Positions 9,123-19,646 of a DNA stretch of 64,000 nucleotides are shown here, in pieces. The notes under the pieces are model-generated. The model saw nothing but the letters and a program-made list of their open reading frames with translations. It did not search any database and was not told where the DNA came from. How positions within the stretch are numbered: position 1 is the first letter of the stretch; each line of letters starts with the position of its first letter. The stretch is from an uncultured Piscirickettsiaceae bacterium (lineage in GTDB: Bacteria > Pseudomonadota > Gammaproteobacteria > GCF-002020875): the NCBI GenBank assembly GCA_964415865.1, contig CAYQBY010000005.1, forward strand, positions 723 through 64,722, written 5' to 3'. Made by a program: the position numbers and the translations under genes.

Positions 9123-9764
9123 TCAGGCGCCATACTGTTCACGATACTGTTTCACCATCTCCAGAGATTCATCCATATCACCTCTATCCTGCAGATAAGT
9201 GACCAGGTCTGTCAGAGTCACAATACTGGCGACGTTCACCCCGTATTGTGATTCAACCTCCTGGATTGCAGACATCTCCCCCTGTCCTCGCTCTTGTCTA
9301 TCCAGCGAGATGACCACACCCGCAAACTCCGCACCACTAGCCTGGATAATATCAACAGATTCGCGTACTGAGGTGCCGGCTGAGATTACATCATCAATCA
9401 CCAGAATACGGTCCTCTAGCGGGGCCCCTACAATCGTGCCGCCTTCACCGTGATCCTTGGCCTCTTTGCGATTAAAGGCAAAGGGGATGTCACGATTATG
9501 CTCCTCAGAGAGATATACGGCAGTTACTGCAGCCAGTGGAATTCCCTTGTAGGCTGGACCATAGAGCAGATCAAACTCAATACCACTCTCAACTATGGCG
9601 GCTGCATACTGCTTTCCAAGGCGTGCAAGGTGGGATCCGGTGTTGAAGAGTCCGGCGTTAAAGAAGTATGGGCTGATTCTTCCGGATTTGAGAGTGAACT
9701 CTCCAAAACGTAGAACATCTGCCTCAATGGCAAAGTCGAGAAAATCCTTTTTGTAGCTTTGCAT
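9123..9764 (-). CDS. pyrE: Orotate phosphoribosyltransferase
   Basis: 213 aa. PRPP-binding motif [11 protein letters not shown]. High overall similarity to PyrE. Confidence 0.9.
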   Translation of the reverse strand: MQSYKKDFLDFAIEADVLRFGEFTLKSGRISPYFFNAGLFNTGSHLARLGKQYAAAIVESGIEFDLLYGPAYKGIPLAAVTAVYLSEEHNRDIPFAFNRKEAKDHGEGGTIVGAPLEDRILVIDDVISAGTSVRESVDIIQASGAEFAGVVISLDRQERGQGEMSAIQEVESQYGVNVASIVTLTDLVTYLQDRGDMDESLEMVKQYREQYGA

Positions 9765-9898
9765 GGTTTATGTGTGACTCCTAAAAAATAGCGTATCCGA
9801 TGGAGCCATTATATACTCAGCGCCACTCAGATACCTTTAGTAGATAAACTCTCTTGAATTTAATCCAGCCTCCTGTAACCACGCTTCAAGCTCTCTCC

Positions 9899-11248
9899 AT
9901 GTTTAGAGACAGAAGATTACTCTGGATTTTTTTGCTCGGTTTTTCCAGTGGTTTTCCATGGGTATTGATAGGTTCTGCGATGACTGCCTGGTTGCAGGAG
10001 GCTGGCCTTACCCGTACAGCAATAGGGTTTTTTGGTTCGGTTTTTGTGGTTTATGCCCTCAATTTTCTCTGGGCACCATTGCTGGATCGACTGCATATTC
10101 CCGTGTTGGGCAAGAGACTGGGGCAGCGTCGCTCATGGATTGTGGTGATGCAGTGGACTATTTTACTGGCAGCAGTTGCAATTGGGATGACTGATCCAGG
10201 GGTAAGCATATTATGGACCAGCCTTTTGGCACTGTTGATCGCCGTCGCTTCCGCAACCCAGGATATTGCCGTTGATGCATACCGAATTGAGATCATTGGC
10301 AGCCATGAAAGCAGTCGAATACCCTATGCAGCAGCCATCACTACTAGTGGTTGGTGGACAGGATTTAGTGTACCTGGGGCTATAGCACTCTATCTGTCTG
10401 ATATTCCGGGGATGGAGTGGTCATCGGTATATCTGGTGCTGGCAGCCATGATGGCACTTTTGTCATGGATGGTCTGGGGGGTGCGTGAGCCAGAGAGCAG
10501 AAGAGAGCAGCAACAGCATGACTCGGAGCTCCATTATGAGGAGGAGTTGCAGGAACACCATATTGAGTCTAGGCAGGCTCGTCACTGGATGAGATGGTGG
10601 GCGGTTACAGTGGTTGAACCATTTGCCGAATTCTTCCGCCGAAACGGCTGGAAGCTGGCATTTTCTGTGTTGGCATTTATCTTTCTATTCAAGCTGGGGG
10701 AGGCGTTTCTGGGGAGAATGTCGATTGTCTTTTACAAGGAGATTGGCTTCAGCAATAGTGATATCGCTACCTATTCCAAGCTGATTGGTTGGTGGGTGAC
10801 TATTATCTTCTCGTTGATTGCCGGTATCTTTAATGCACGTTTTGGAATTGTAAGGGGGTTGATGATTGGAGGGATTGCAATGGCGTCCACCAATCTGCTT
10901 TTCTCATGGCTGGCGGTTGCGGGGCCAGACACCACGATCTTTGCCATTGCAGTGGTGCTGGATAACTTTACCTCGGCCTTTGCAACAGTAACCTTTGTTA
11001 CCTTTATCTCCTATCTTACAAGCCGAACATACACAGCAACCCAGTATGCATTGATGGCATCATTGGGGAATTTGGGAAGAACGACAGTAGCCTCATTTAG
11101 CGGGGTTATGGTTGATGGTCTGGGGGGTGATTGGTTTACCTTCTTTATTATTACTTCCATGATGGTGGTGCCGGCACTACTGTTGTTATGGAGAATCGGT
11201 CACAATATTCAGCCAACAACCATGGCAGAGAACACAACTAAGGAATAG
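9899..11248 (+). CDS. ampG: AmpG-family muropeptide permease (MFS)
   Basis: N-terminus MFRDRRLLWIFLLGFSSGFP...LWAPLLDR matches E. coli AmpG (LLILGFASGLP...LWSPLMDR), with many TM segments. The ATG at 9899 is preferred over the ORF-track TTG at 9854. Confidence 0.8.
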   Translation: MFRDRRLLWIFLLGFSSGFPWVLIGSAMTAWLQEAGLTRTAIGFFGSVFVVYALNFLWAPLLDRLHIPVLGKRLGQRRSWIVVMQWTILLAAVAIGMTDPGVSILWTSLLALLIAVASATQDIAVDAYRIEIIGSHESSRIPYAAAITTSGWWTGFSVPGAIALYLSDIPGMEWSSVYLVLAAMMALLSWMVWGVREPESRREQQQHDSELHYEEELQEHHIESRQARHWMRWWAVTVVEPFAEFFRRNGWKLAFSVLAFIFLFKLGEAFLGRMSIVFYKEIGFSNSDIATYSKLIGWWVTIIFSLIAGIFNARFGIVRGLMIGGIAMASTNLLFSWLAVAGPDTTIFAIAVVLDNFTSAFATVTFVTFISYLTSRTYTATQYALMASLGNLGRTTVASFSGVMVDGLGGDWFTFFIITSMMVVPALLLLWRIGHNIQPTTMAENTTKE

Positions 11249-11254
11249 ATAGAG

Positions 11255-13264
11255 ATGGAACAACAATTGGTTTACGAGGCTGAGCAGCCAATCAGATCCC
11301 TGTGGAGTAGTGAGGATGCCTTAGAGTGCAGTAGTGATCTGGATTTGCGGGTCTATAGTTCACGGCTGTTAGGACGTGACTCCACTCTGGTGTTGCATGG
11401 TGGGGGAAACACCTCAGTCAAGGTAACAGAGACTAATCTGGTTGGTGAGGCTGAGGAGATTCTATATGTAAAGGGAAGTGGTTGGGACCTTGCTACTATT
11501 GAGGCAGAGGGGTTTGCCCCGGTCAGGCTGGAGCCTATGAAAAAGCTGGCACAGCTGGACTCGCTGAGTGACCCGGAGATGGTTAATGAACTCAAAACCC
11601 AGATGACTCTTGCTGGCGCACCATCACCATCAGTAGAGACCATCCTGCATGCAGTATTGCCGTTTCGTTATGTGGATCATACACACGCAGATGCAGTTGT
11701 TACTTTGACCAATAGTGCAGGCGGTGAAGAGAGGGTACGCAAACTTTATGGTGATCGGGTAATTGTAGTGCCATATGTAATGCCTGGTTTTGATCTGGCA
11801 CGTCAAGTAGGTGAGGCCTTTGCGCAGGAGGCAACAGACAACACAGTTGGGATGGTGTTGTTAAACCATGGGGTCTTTACCTTTAGTGATTCTGCCGAGG
11901 AGTCATATGAGAGGATGATAGAACTGGTCTCCATGGCTGAGCAGGAGCTACAGAGTAGTGAGGCATGGCAGATTGAACAAGGAAATGTAGAGAGTATAGC
12001 TGGTGAGCTTAGAGAGCCGATAGCTGGACTACGTGCAGATATATCTTCTGCAGCGGGCCGCCCAATGGTTGTGCAGATGACTGAAAGTGCAGCGGGCATA
12101 AGTTTTACGGCACGTACAGATATGGCTGAGATTGCTACTAGAGGCCCAGTCACACCAGATCATGTTCTCCGTACCAAGAGGATTCCGATGGTTGGCAGGT
12201 CTGTTGATGATTATGTCAGAGAGTATCAGGAGTACTTCAATAACCATGCACCAAATGCCAGGGAGGAGAAAACCATCCTGGACCCTGCTCCAAGGGTGAT
12301 ACTGGATAGTCAGTTGGGACTCTGTGTGGTTGGTAAAAATGTTCAGGAGGCAGATATTGTCGCTGATCTTTATGAGCACACCATGACTTGTATTCAGCGA
12401 GCGGAGAAGCTTGGTGGATGGCAGGCGTTACCTGCTGACGATATCTTTGATCTGGAGTATTGGGATCTAGAGCAGGCAAAACTGCGGAAAGGTGGTGCTG
12501 CACCACTGTTTCAGGGCGAGGTTGCCATGGTAACTGGTGCGGCATCCGGTATTGGCAAGGCATGTGTAGAGTCACTTCTGGCACGAGGTGCAGCCGTTAT
12601 TGGTCTTGATATAAACCCTGATATTGTCGGACAAAATTTATCACCAGCATTTCTCGGTATCTGTTGCGACCTTGTAGATGAGGAGGCTCAAAGTAAGGCT
12701 CTCGAGCAGGGGGTGAGACGTTTTGGCGGCATCGATATGGTGGTGCTGAATGCTGGTATGTTCCCTGGTGGGACACGTATAGAGGATCTGGATACGGCAA
12801 CCTGGCAACAGGTAATGCGTATTAATCTGGATAGTAATCTGGCGCTGTTAAGGTCTTGTCATCCACTGCTAAAGTTGTCTCCCAACGGGGGGCGTGTAGT
12901 GATTATGGGATCAAAGAATGTGCCTGCCCCAGGGGCAGGAGCAGCAGCCTACTCAGCATCAAAGGCGGCGCTTATCCAGTTGATGCGAATTGCAGCACTG
13001 GAGTGGGGAGGTGATGGAATCCGGATTAATGCACTCCATCCTGATGCTGTATTTGACACCGGCATCTGGACAGATGATGTATTACAGAGTCGTGCAGATC
13101 ATTATGGAATGACAGTTGAACAGTACAAGACTCGCAATGTGTTAAGTGTTGAGGTGACTAGCTATGATGTAGCGGAACTTACAGCAGAACTGTGTGGCCC
13201 GCTATTTGCGAAGACCACAGCAGCACAGATACCTGTTGATGGTGGTAATGAGAGGGTAATTTAG
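11255..13264 (+). CDS. Bifunctional class II aldolase/adducin-domain plus short-chain dehydrogenase (rhamnulose-1-phosphate aldolase/SDR type)
   Basis: The N-terminal half has a class II aldolase fold. The C-terminal half has an SDR Rossmann motif TGAASGIGKA and a YxxxK active site (YSASKAA). 669 aa, as in YuxG/RhaD-SDR fusions. Confidence 0.7.
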   Translation: MEQQLVYEAEQPIRSLWSSEDALECSSDLDLRVYSSRLLGRDSTLVLHGGGNTSVKVTETNLVGEAEEILYVKGSGWDLATIEAEGFAPVRLEPMKKLAQLDSLSDPEMVNELKTQMTLAGAPSPSVETILHAVLPFRYVDHTHADAVVTLTNSAGGEERVRKLYGDRVIVVPYVMPGFDLARQVGEAFAQEATDNTVGMVLLNHGVFTFSDSAEESYERMIELVSMAEQELQSSEAWQIEQGNVESIAGELREPIAGLRADISSAAGRPMVVQMTESAAGISFTARTDMAEIATRGPVTPDHVLRTKRIPMVGRSVDDYVREYQEYFNNHAPNAREEKTILDPAPRVILDSQLGLCVVGKNVQEADIVADLYEHTMTCIQRAEKLGGWQALPADDIFDLEYWDLEQAKLRKGGAAPLFQGEVAMVTGAASGIGKACVESLLARGAAVIGLDINPDIVGQNLSPAFLGICCDLVDEEAQSKALEQGVRRFGGIDMVVLNAGMFPGGTRIEDLDTATWQQVMRINLDSNLALLRSCHPLLKLSPNGGRVVIMGSKNVPAPGAGAAAYSASKAALIQLMRIAALEWGGDGIRINALHPDAVFDTGIWTDDVLQSRADHYGMTVEQYKTRNVLSVEVTSYDVAELTAELCGPLFAKTTAAQIPVDGGNERVI

Positions 13265-13299
13265 GAACATTCACAAGAAAAACAGCTGTTTGTTGCACA

Positions 13300-13332
13300 C
13301 AAAAAAGGCTGTCCATCAGGACAGCCTTTTTA
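13300..13332. terminator. Bidirectional rho-independent terminator
   Basis: aaaaaaggctgtcc-atca-ggacagccttttt. Perfect stem with an A-run and a T-run, between convergent genes. Confidence 0.7.
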
Positions 13333-13349
13333 CTGGTTGCAGGATTCAT

Positions 13350-13829
13350 TTATCCAGTATAAAAATTCTGGCTGAACTCTATGGTTTCGACAGTGTCGCT
13401 TCTCTCGTGGCCAACATTACTGACTCCGGTTCGAAACTGACTTGGATCAACATGGATCTTGAACTTCAGGGTCTCATTGTTATCGATCCGGAACTGATCA
13501 AGATAGTAGACGGTATCTTTTTCATGAACAGGGAAGAAGTGAAGAGCACTAAGTTGGTTGTTGAGGTTGGTTGTAGAACCCCATACCTGTGCAGAGACCG
13601 GTATGGTTGAACCATCACTCTGCTTTTTCATGACGGTTATGTTTATTACTGCCCTATGACTACTGCGTACGATCCCGTGGCGATGTGCAACCTCGGCTGG
13701 GATGGAGTCTGAACGGAAGGCGTTGTAGTGGACAGTATAGTCACCAAAGGAAACAGACTGTTCCGCATTTGCCTGAAGTGAAGCTAGTAGCCCGAATATA
13801 AAGGTTAACAGGGTAAATCTGAATCTCAT
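13350..13829 (-). CDS. DUF4426-family secreted protein
   Basis: Signal peptide, then the FGDYTVHYNAF...GIVRS signature typical of DUF4426. Confidence 0.55.
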   Translation of the reverse strand: MRFRFTLLTFIFGLLASLQANAEQSVSFGDYTVHYNAFRSDSIPAEVAHRHGIVRSSHRAVINITVMKKQSDGSTIPVSAQVWGSTTNLNNQLSALHFFPVHEKDTVYYLDQFRIDNNETLKFKIHVDPSQFRTGVSNVGHERSDTVETIEFSQNFYTG

Positions 13830-13943
13830 TTTATTTTCTCCTTTTGCGTCTGTTCACAACTGTTCTTATTATTTGACCTTGTTAATAGTGTACCAATTAT
13901 TGAGGAATATCAAGAGTGATTACCGCTGATTTCCTGCTATTTG

Positions 13944-14561
13944 CTATGAGTGGTATGGAAGTCGTTCAAACCGGTAGATTGCAGTCTCCCCAAGCAGGTT
14001 TGGTGATAGTCTGGATAGTGCTTGCTCACGATGTCTGTTGTCTATGACTGAGCGTTGCAGAATTCGGATTCCCTTCTTCTCGCAAAGTTTCTCAAAATCA
14101 GCCACAGTACAGAGATGTATATTTGGGGTGTTGTACCATCGGTTGGGAAGGGCCTTGGTTACCGGCATCTTGCCATGGAATAGCAGTTGCAGACGGTTTT
14201 TCCAGTGGCCAAAATTTGGAAAGGTGATGATTCCCTGTTTGCCAACTCGCAACATTTCATCAAGCAGTTGATCTGGAAAATTCATGGCCTGCAGGGTCAG
14301 GCTCATTATTACGTAGTCAAATGAGTCATCATTAAAGTAGTCTGACAAGCCGTGATCAAGATCTGACTGGATAACATTAATTCCATTCTCAAGACTATTC
14401 AGTACCCTGCTGTCATCGAGTTCCATGCCATATCCCTCAACCCCTAGATCATCTATCAGGTGCCGTAACAGGAGCCCATCACCACAGCCAAGATCAAGAA
14501 TTCTGCTCTTGGGCTGAATCCATTTGCATATCATCTCCTGATCAGGACGTAGCATGGTCAT
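13944..14561 (-). CDS. metW: Methionine biosynthesis protein MetW
   Basis: SAM-methyltransferase-like LDLGCGDG motif and overall MetW similarity. Overlaps the metX stop. Confidence 0.85.
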   Translation of the reverse strand: MTMLRPDQEMICKWIQPKSRILDLGCGDGLLLRHLIDDLGVEGYGMELDDSRVLNSLENGINVIQSDLDHGLSDYFNDDSFDYVIMSLTLQAMNFPDQLLDEMLRVGKQGIITFPNFGHWKNRLQLLFHGKMPVTKALPNRWYNTPNIHLCTVADFEKLCEKKGIRILQRSVIDNRHREQALSRLSPNLLGETAIYRFERLPYHS

Positions 14562-15706
14562 GGTAAGTCACCAATCTCAATTCGTTTCATATAGGCGTGG
14601 AAGATATCAAGGTAGTGAGAGATTGGCATCAAAAATGCGTCATGCCCCTGGTGCGCGGTAATCTCTGCATAACTGACGTCCAGGTCATTATCCAATAGTG
14701 CACGCACCAGCTCCTGTGAACGTTTTGGTGAGAACCTCCAGTCACTGGTAAACGAGATAACACAGAATTTTGCGGTAACCTTGTTGAGAGCCTCCGGAAG
14801 ATCATTGCCGTGAGTATGTGCAGGGTCAAAATAATCCAGTGCTTTGGTCATTAGCAGATAGGTGTTGGCATCAAATTTTCCGACAAAAGAGTCAGCCTGA
14901 TAACGCAGATAGCTCTCCACCTGAAACTCAATGCCATAATCATAGTTGAGTTGCCCTTCACGTAGCTCACGCCCAAATTTTGCCCCCATCGACTCATCAG
15001 AAAGATAGGTGATATGCCCCAGCATTCTGGCCAGTCTCAAGCCCCTCTCTGGAATGGTTTCATGCTCAAGATAGCGACCCCCATGAAAGTCTGGATCTGT
15101 ACGAATTGCCTGGCGCGCGACCTCATTAAAGGCAATATTTTGAGCTGTCAGTTTGGAAGATGCAGCTATGACAACAGCATGTTGAATTCTGTCTGGAAAG
15201 GTGATGCTCCACTGCAATACCTGCATACCACCAAGGCTGGCACCGATAACAGCAGCCCATCTGTGAATCTCCAGTTCATCAGCTAGACGCGCCTGACTGT
15301 GTACCCAGTCCTCGACAGTGATAATTGGAAAATCTGGCCCGTAAGGGAGGCCAGTTTCCGGGTTGGTGGTGGTTGGCCCTGTAGAGCCATCACAGCCCCC
15401 AAGATTGTTTGGACAGATCACAAAGAATCTGTTGGTGTCGATTGGCTTGCCAGGGCCAATGGCCACATCCCACCATCCTGGCTTGCGATCATCCATGCTG
15501 TGATATCCGGCAGCGTGATGGCTACCAGAGAGTGCATGGCAGATCAGGATGGCATTACTTTTATCAGCATTTAATGTGCCATAGGTCTCGAAGACCAGAT
15601 CATAAGATGGCAGCGTATGTCCGCTTGTCAGCTTCAGTGGTTGGCTGAAGTGAATTGTTTGTGGAGTAACAAGGCCAACAGACTCTTCTGGGATATGCTC
15701 AGGCAT
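14558..15706 (-). CDS. metX: Homoserine O-acyltransferase MetX (alpha/beta hydrolase)
   Basis: 382 aa. Serine nucleophile elbow GASLGG. Adjacent to metW. Confidence 0.9.
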   Translation of the reverse strand: MPEHIPEESVGLVTPQTIHFSQPLKLTSGHTLPSYDLVFETYGTLNADKSNAILICHALSGSHHAAGYHSMDDRKPGWWDVAIGPGKPIDTNRFFVICPNNLGGCDGSTGPTTTNPETGLPYGPDFPIITVEDWVHSQARLADELEIHRWAAVIGASLGGMQVLQWSITFPDRIQHAVVIAASSKLTAQNIAFNEVARQAIRTDPDFHGGRYLEHETIPERGLRLARMLGHITYLSDESMGAKFGRELREGQLNYDYGIEFQVESYLRYQADSFVGKFDANTYLLMTKALDYFDPAHTHGNDLPEALNKVTAKFCVISFTSDWRFSPKRSQELVRALLDNDLDVSYAEITAHQGHDAFLMPISHYLDIFHAYMKRIEIGDLP

Positions 15707-15782
15707 GGCAAGAGTTTAATGACACTTTGTGGTTGACGCAATCACTGTGCAATCTAATCTTATTGCCCATGAAAGAGTTCCA

Positions 15783-16349
15783 TTACCTGATCATAATTGC
15801 AGCAAAATCCTTTAATGGCGCAACCATGATGAATTCGGCAAGTTTGATTGCAAACAGTGCCAGAATTGGTGAGAAGTCAAACCCTCCAGTTGCTGGAAGC
15901 AGGCGTTGTACAGGTTGCATTATTGGGTCTGTTAGTTGATTCAGTAGAGATATACCGGGGTGGCTGGTCTGTGGTTGAAGCCAGCTTAGGACCACCAGAA
16001 TAATAATGGACCAGGTAAAGATGCCGGCAGCTGATGAGAGTATATCTGCGACTGCAATCAGAAGAAGCCCCAGAGGATTGGTCTCAATTCCATACAGTAT
16101 TGTGGTAGAGAGCAGCTGCAGAGTCAGCAATATGGTGAGTGAGGCGCCATCTATACGTCTGCTGGATGGTAGAAACCCGCGCAATGGACGTAGTAGAGGG
16201 TCACTTATGCGTGAGACTGTCTGGGAGATTGGATTATAGAAATCAACGCGCATCAACTGGAACAGAAAGCGCAACAGGGCTATCAGGGTAAAGAGAGAGA
16301 ATATTGTATGCAACAGAAATAGACCTGCGCTTGAAGTATTAGACATCAT
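15783..16349 (-). CDS. yggT: YggT-family integral membrane protein
   Basis: 188 aa. Duplicated YGGT-type membrane repeats. The conserved position downstream of proC supports the call. Confidence 0.7.
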   Translation of the reverse strand: MMSNTSSAGLFLLHTIFSLFTLIALLRFLFQLMRVDFYNPISQTVSRISDPLLRPLRGFLPSSRRIDGASLTILLTLQLLSTTILYGIETNPLGLLLIAVADILSSAAGIFTWSIIILVVLSWLQPQTSHPGISLLNQLTDPIMQPVQRLLPATGGFDFSPILALFAIKLAEFIMVAPLKDFAAIMIR

Positions 16350-16355
16350 GATTCG

Positions 16356-17183
16356 TTACCCTTTTCCAAGGATCTCTGCCAACTCTATGGAGCGATCTCG
16401 TGCTGCAGAGAGTGACTTGGATACCAGTCTCTCAAAGCCTCCATCCTGAAAAGTATTTATTGCCCTCTCAGTGGTGCCACCAGGTGACGTTACTTTGCTA
16501 CGTAGTTCACTACTGCTATCTGGGCTCTCCAGAGCCATTTTTGCAGCACCAAATGCGGTCTGGATTGTCAGCATGCGGGCAGTATCCTCTGGTATGCCCA
16601 TTTCAACCCCCGCAGCCTCCATCGCCTCCATCAACAGAAAGAAGTAGGCTGGACCGCTACCTGAGAGTGCGGTGACAGCATCCAGTTGATCCTCTTGATC
16701 CATCCAGGCAGTAATTCCGACCGAGCGCATAATGGATTCAGCAAGATCTTTCTGTTCAGCAGAGACAATATGGTTGGCATAGAGGCCTGTAGCCCCGCTC
16801 TGAAGTAATGCTGGAGTGTTAGGCATGGTACGGACAATTGCACTATCCCCCCCAAGCCATCTTTGCAGGGCGCTCTCTCTGATGCCGGCGGCAATCGAGA
16901 TAATTAGCGGTGATCCACTTTTGCTGTTACCAATCTCTGTAGCGACATCAGCCATGATCTGAGGTTTGACTGCCAACACAATAGCATCAACGCCCTTTAT
17001 GGCTGCAATATTGTCAGAGAGAAATGGTGTTATTCCAAACTCTTTTTCCATTGCGTCCAGAGAGTTCTGCTTTGGATCAGATACATGGATATTTGATCCT
17101 GGACAGTTTCCAGCGACCAGTCCACCAATTAGGCTGAAGGCCATGTTGCCGCCACCAATAAATGCAATTTTGCTATCTTTCAT
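16356..17183 (-). CDS. proC: Pyrroline-5-carboxylate reductase
   Basis: N-terminal NADP fold IAFIGGGNMA. C-terminal ProC signature GSGPAYFFL...TSPGGTT. Confidence 0.9.
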   Translation of the reverse strand: MKDSKIAFIGGGNMAFSLIGGLVAGNCPGSNIHVSDPKQNSLDAMEKEFGITPFLSDNIAAIKGVDAIVLAVKPQIMADVATEIGNSKSGSPLIISIAAGIRESALQRWLGGDSAIVRTMPNTPALLQSGATGLYANHIVSAEQKDLAESIMRSVGITAWMDQEDQLDAVTALSGSGPAYFFLLMEAMEAAGVEMGIPEDTARMLTIQTAFGAAKMALESPDSSSELRSKVTSPGGTTERAINTFQDGGFERLVSKSLSAARDRSIELAEILGKG

Positions 17184-17358
17184 GATAGATGATTCTATCG
17201 TTCGTACAGTAACTTGGCTAGAGAATCTGTATCTGCACGAACTTATCTACACTCCTCTCTGTTATTTCACACTAAAACAGTCAAGAAATGCTTTTCCTCA
17301 ACAGATAAGGTGGTACAATTAGGCGATCCTAATGAATTGAAAAAGAGGTTTAGAGTAA

Positions 17359-17720
17359 TGGCAGTAGCAGTAAGTGATGAGTTTAAGGTTTCTAGTGATG
17401 CAGAGCAGCAGTTGGCAGCTTTGCTGAAGAGTGAGGATAATGAGGAGATCAAGGGTGTACGTATCTATGTTGCTGGTAGTGGATGCAGTGGTACTCAGTG
17501 GGGAATGACCTTTGCCGACTCAGTAGAGGATGAGGATGCAGTACTGGAGTCTGATGCACTGAATATTTATGTTGATCCGCAGTGTCTGGCGACACTTGAT
17601 GGTGTGGAGATTGATTATGTCAATGGTCCACAAGGGCCTAGCTTTGTCTTTAATAACACCAAGGCACCTGCTGATAGCGGCTGTGGAACCTGTGGCTCTG
17701 CAGGGGGTGGCTGTTCATAA
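17359..17720 (+). CDS. HesB/IscA-family (A-type) iron-sulfur carrier with an atypical C-terminal cysteine motif
   Basis: RIYVAGSGCSGTQWGMTF aligns with ErpA/IscA (RVYITGGGCSGFQYGFTF). The C-terminus is SGCGTCGSAGGGCS instead of the canonical CGCGxSF. Start chosen at MAVAVSDEF behind an aagagg RBS. Confidence 0.6.
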
Positions 17721-17744
17721 CGGCAATTCTGCTAACTGATAGAT

Positions 17745-17776
17745 AAAAAAGCCCGGATTTGCTCCGGGCTTTTTTA
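17745..17776. terminator. Bidirectional rho-independent terminator
   Basis: aaaaaagcccgga-tttgc-tccgggctttttt, between convergent genes (IscA-like and hemJ). Confidence 0.7.
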
Positions 17777-17814
17777 TGGCTGTAAATAGGATTACACACC
17801 GCAACAGGCGTGGC

Positions 17815-18318
17815 TTACAAGGGTGGTTTTACCACAACCAGCACAATTACTCCGATCAGAATTAGTGTTGGTATCTCATTAAAGAATCGATAGTAGGTGT
17901 GGCTCTTTTGGTTGTCTCCTCTCTTGAATATATTAAGGTAATTCCAGCACTGGTAGTGGTATATAACTAGCAGTAGAACCAGTCCAAGTTTTATATGGAG
18001 CCATCCAGGTATCACCCACTGCCATAGATCAACCATCCAGAATCCAGCTAATATAGTAAGTACCATTGCGGGTGTCATGATGTAGTAGAAGAGTTTATGC
18101 TCCATGATCTTAAGATTCTGATCTACAGCATCTTCATCAGTCATTGCATGGTAGACAAATAGGCGGGGCAGATAGAATAGCCCCGCAAACCAGGAGATAA
18201 GAGCTAGGAGGTGGATAACCTTGGCGGTAGCAAAGCTCTCTCTGAAAAATAGAAAGAGGGAGCCAATGACCACTGCCAGAATTATTGGTTGAGCTATTTT
18301 CAGGGCTGCCTTATTCAT
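17815..18318 (-). CDS. hemJ: Protoporphyrinogen IX oxidase HemJ (CopD-like membrane protein)
   Basis: KVIHLLALISWFAGLFYLPRLFVYHA closely matches the HemJ signature (LHIISVISWFAGLFYLPRLFVYH). About 4 TM helices. Confidence 0.7.
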   Translation of the reverse strand: MNKAALKIAQPIILAVVIGSLFLFFRESFATAKVIHLLALISWFAGLFYLPRLFVYHAMTDEDAVDQNLKIMEHKLFYYIMTPAMVLTILAGFWMVDLWQWVIPGWLHIKLGLVLLLVIYHYQCWNYLNIFKRGDNQKSHTYYRFFNEIPTLILIGVIVLVVVKPPL

Positions 18319-18333
18319 TGCTAACTACCTATA

Positions 18334-18996
18334 TTAAATCTGGTTGCGTAGAGAGAGAATCTGCCACCCTCTCTCTTTGGCTATACTCATCAGCTTTTCA
18401 TCTGGATCGACAGCCACAGGATTATCGACAATATTCAGTAGAGGAAGGTCGTTATGGGAGTCACTATAAAAATAGCTATCTTTCATGGATATCTCTCTCT
18501 GTTGCAGCCACTCATTGAGGCGATCAATTTTTCCTTCCTGGTAAGAGGGTAGTCCATCTACTGCCCCACTGTATTCTCCATTTATAATTTCTGGATCAGT
18601 AGCGATAAGATCTGTAATCCCAAGTATTGAGGCAATTGGTTCTGTAATAAATCTGTTAGTTGCTGTAATAATCAACAAGGTGTCCCCCTTATGGCGATGA
18701 GTGTTGATTAACTCTGTAGCCATGGGAAGAAGAATAGGTCGGATCTCCTCATCAATAAAATCCTCACGCCACCGTTTTAGCGTCATCAATGGATGGTTGG
18801 CAAGTGGTTCAAGCTGGAACTCAAGCCAGTCATGAATATTCAGGTTGCCTTGCTGATACTCCTTATAAAAATGGTCATTCTCTTTTTGATAAAGCTCACC
18901 ATCTACATGGTTATGACGAACCAGAAATTCCCCCCACAGGTGGTCGCTATCCCCGCCAATTAGGGTGTTGTCGAGATCAAAAATAGCCAGTGCCAT
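18334..18996 (-). CDS. HAD-IB superfamily hydrolase
   Basis: HAD motif I DLDNTL appears right after the proposed start MALAIFDLDNTLI. Starting at 19098 would leave no room before the divergent rppH, so an internal ATG is preferred. Confidence 0.6.
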   Translation of the reverse strand: MALAIFDLDNTLIGGDSDHLWGEFLVRHNHVDGELYQKENDHFYKEYQQGNLNIHDWLEFQLEPLANHPLMTLKRWREDFIDEEIRPILLPMATELINTHRHKGDTLLIITATNRFITEPIASILGITDLIATDPEIINGEYSGAVDGLPSYQEGKIDRLNEWLQQREISMKDSYFYSDSHNDLPLLNIVDNPVAVDPDEKLMSIAKERGWQILSLRNQI

Positions 18997-19098
18997 CAGC
19001 CTATTGTACAGGAAGCTCATCTGTTGCACTTCTATGATAGACTCCAATACAATACTGAAAACGTTTGATAACAAAAATAATTTGCGTGGTTTGTACAA

Positions 19099-19635
19099 GT
19101 GATTGATGAAAGTGGATATCGTCCCAATGTAGGGATTATTGTCATCAATAGAGAGGGTAAGCTTTTCTGGGGGCGCCGCATTGGTCAGGATGGGTGGCAG
19201 TTTCCGCAGGGCGGTATTGATGAGAATGAGACCCCGAAAGATGCTCTATACCGAGAGCTGCACGAGGAGATCGGCCTGTTGCCAGAGCATGTTGAGCTGC
19301 TGGGACAGACTCGTGGCTGGCTCAAGTATCACCTGCCTAAACGTTGTATACGTGCCGGACAGAAGCCTCTCTGTATAGGACAGAAGCAAAAATGGTTTCT
19401 ATTGCGCCTTGTATCACATGACTCAGAGGTAAGGCTTAATAGTGTGGATCATCCAGAATTCGATGCCTGGCGCTGGGTCGATTATTGGGACCCCATCGGG
19501 GATGTTGTCTACTTCAAACGTAGTGTCTACCGTAATGCTCTCTGTGAGCTATCTCATTTGGGGCTGCCGAAAGGCAGGCGCAGATTGCCTGACAAGTACC
19601 GGTTATCCTGCAGATCAAAAAATAGAAAACCTTAG
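19099..19635 (+). CDS. rppH: RNA pyrophosphohydrolase (Nudix)
   Basis: [15 protein letters not shown]... is near-identical in pattern to E. coli RppH. Nudix box REL-EE-G. Confidence 0.85.
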   Translation: MIDESGYRPNVGIIVINREGKLFWGRRIGQDGWQFPQGGIDENETPKDALYRELHEEIGLLPEHVELLGQTRGWLKYHLPKRCIRAGQKPLCIGQKQKWFLLRLVSHDSEVRLNSVDHPEFDAWRWVDYWDPIGDVVYFKRSVYRNALCELSHLGLPKGRRRLPDKYRLSCRSKNRKP

Positions 19636-19646
19636 GGGTTCAGGTA

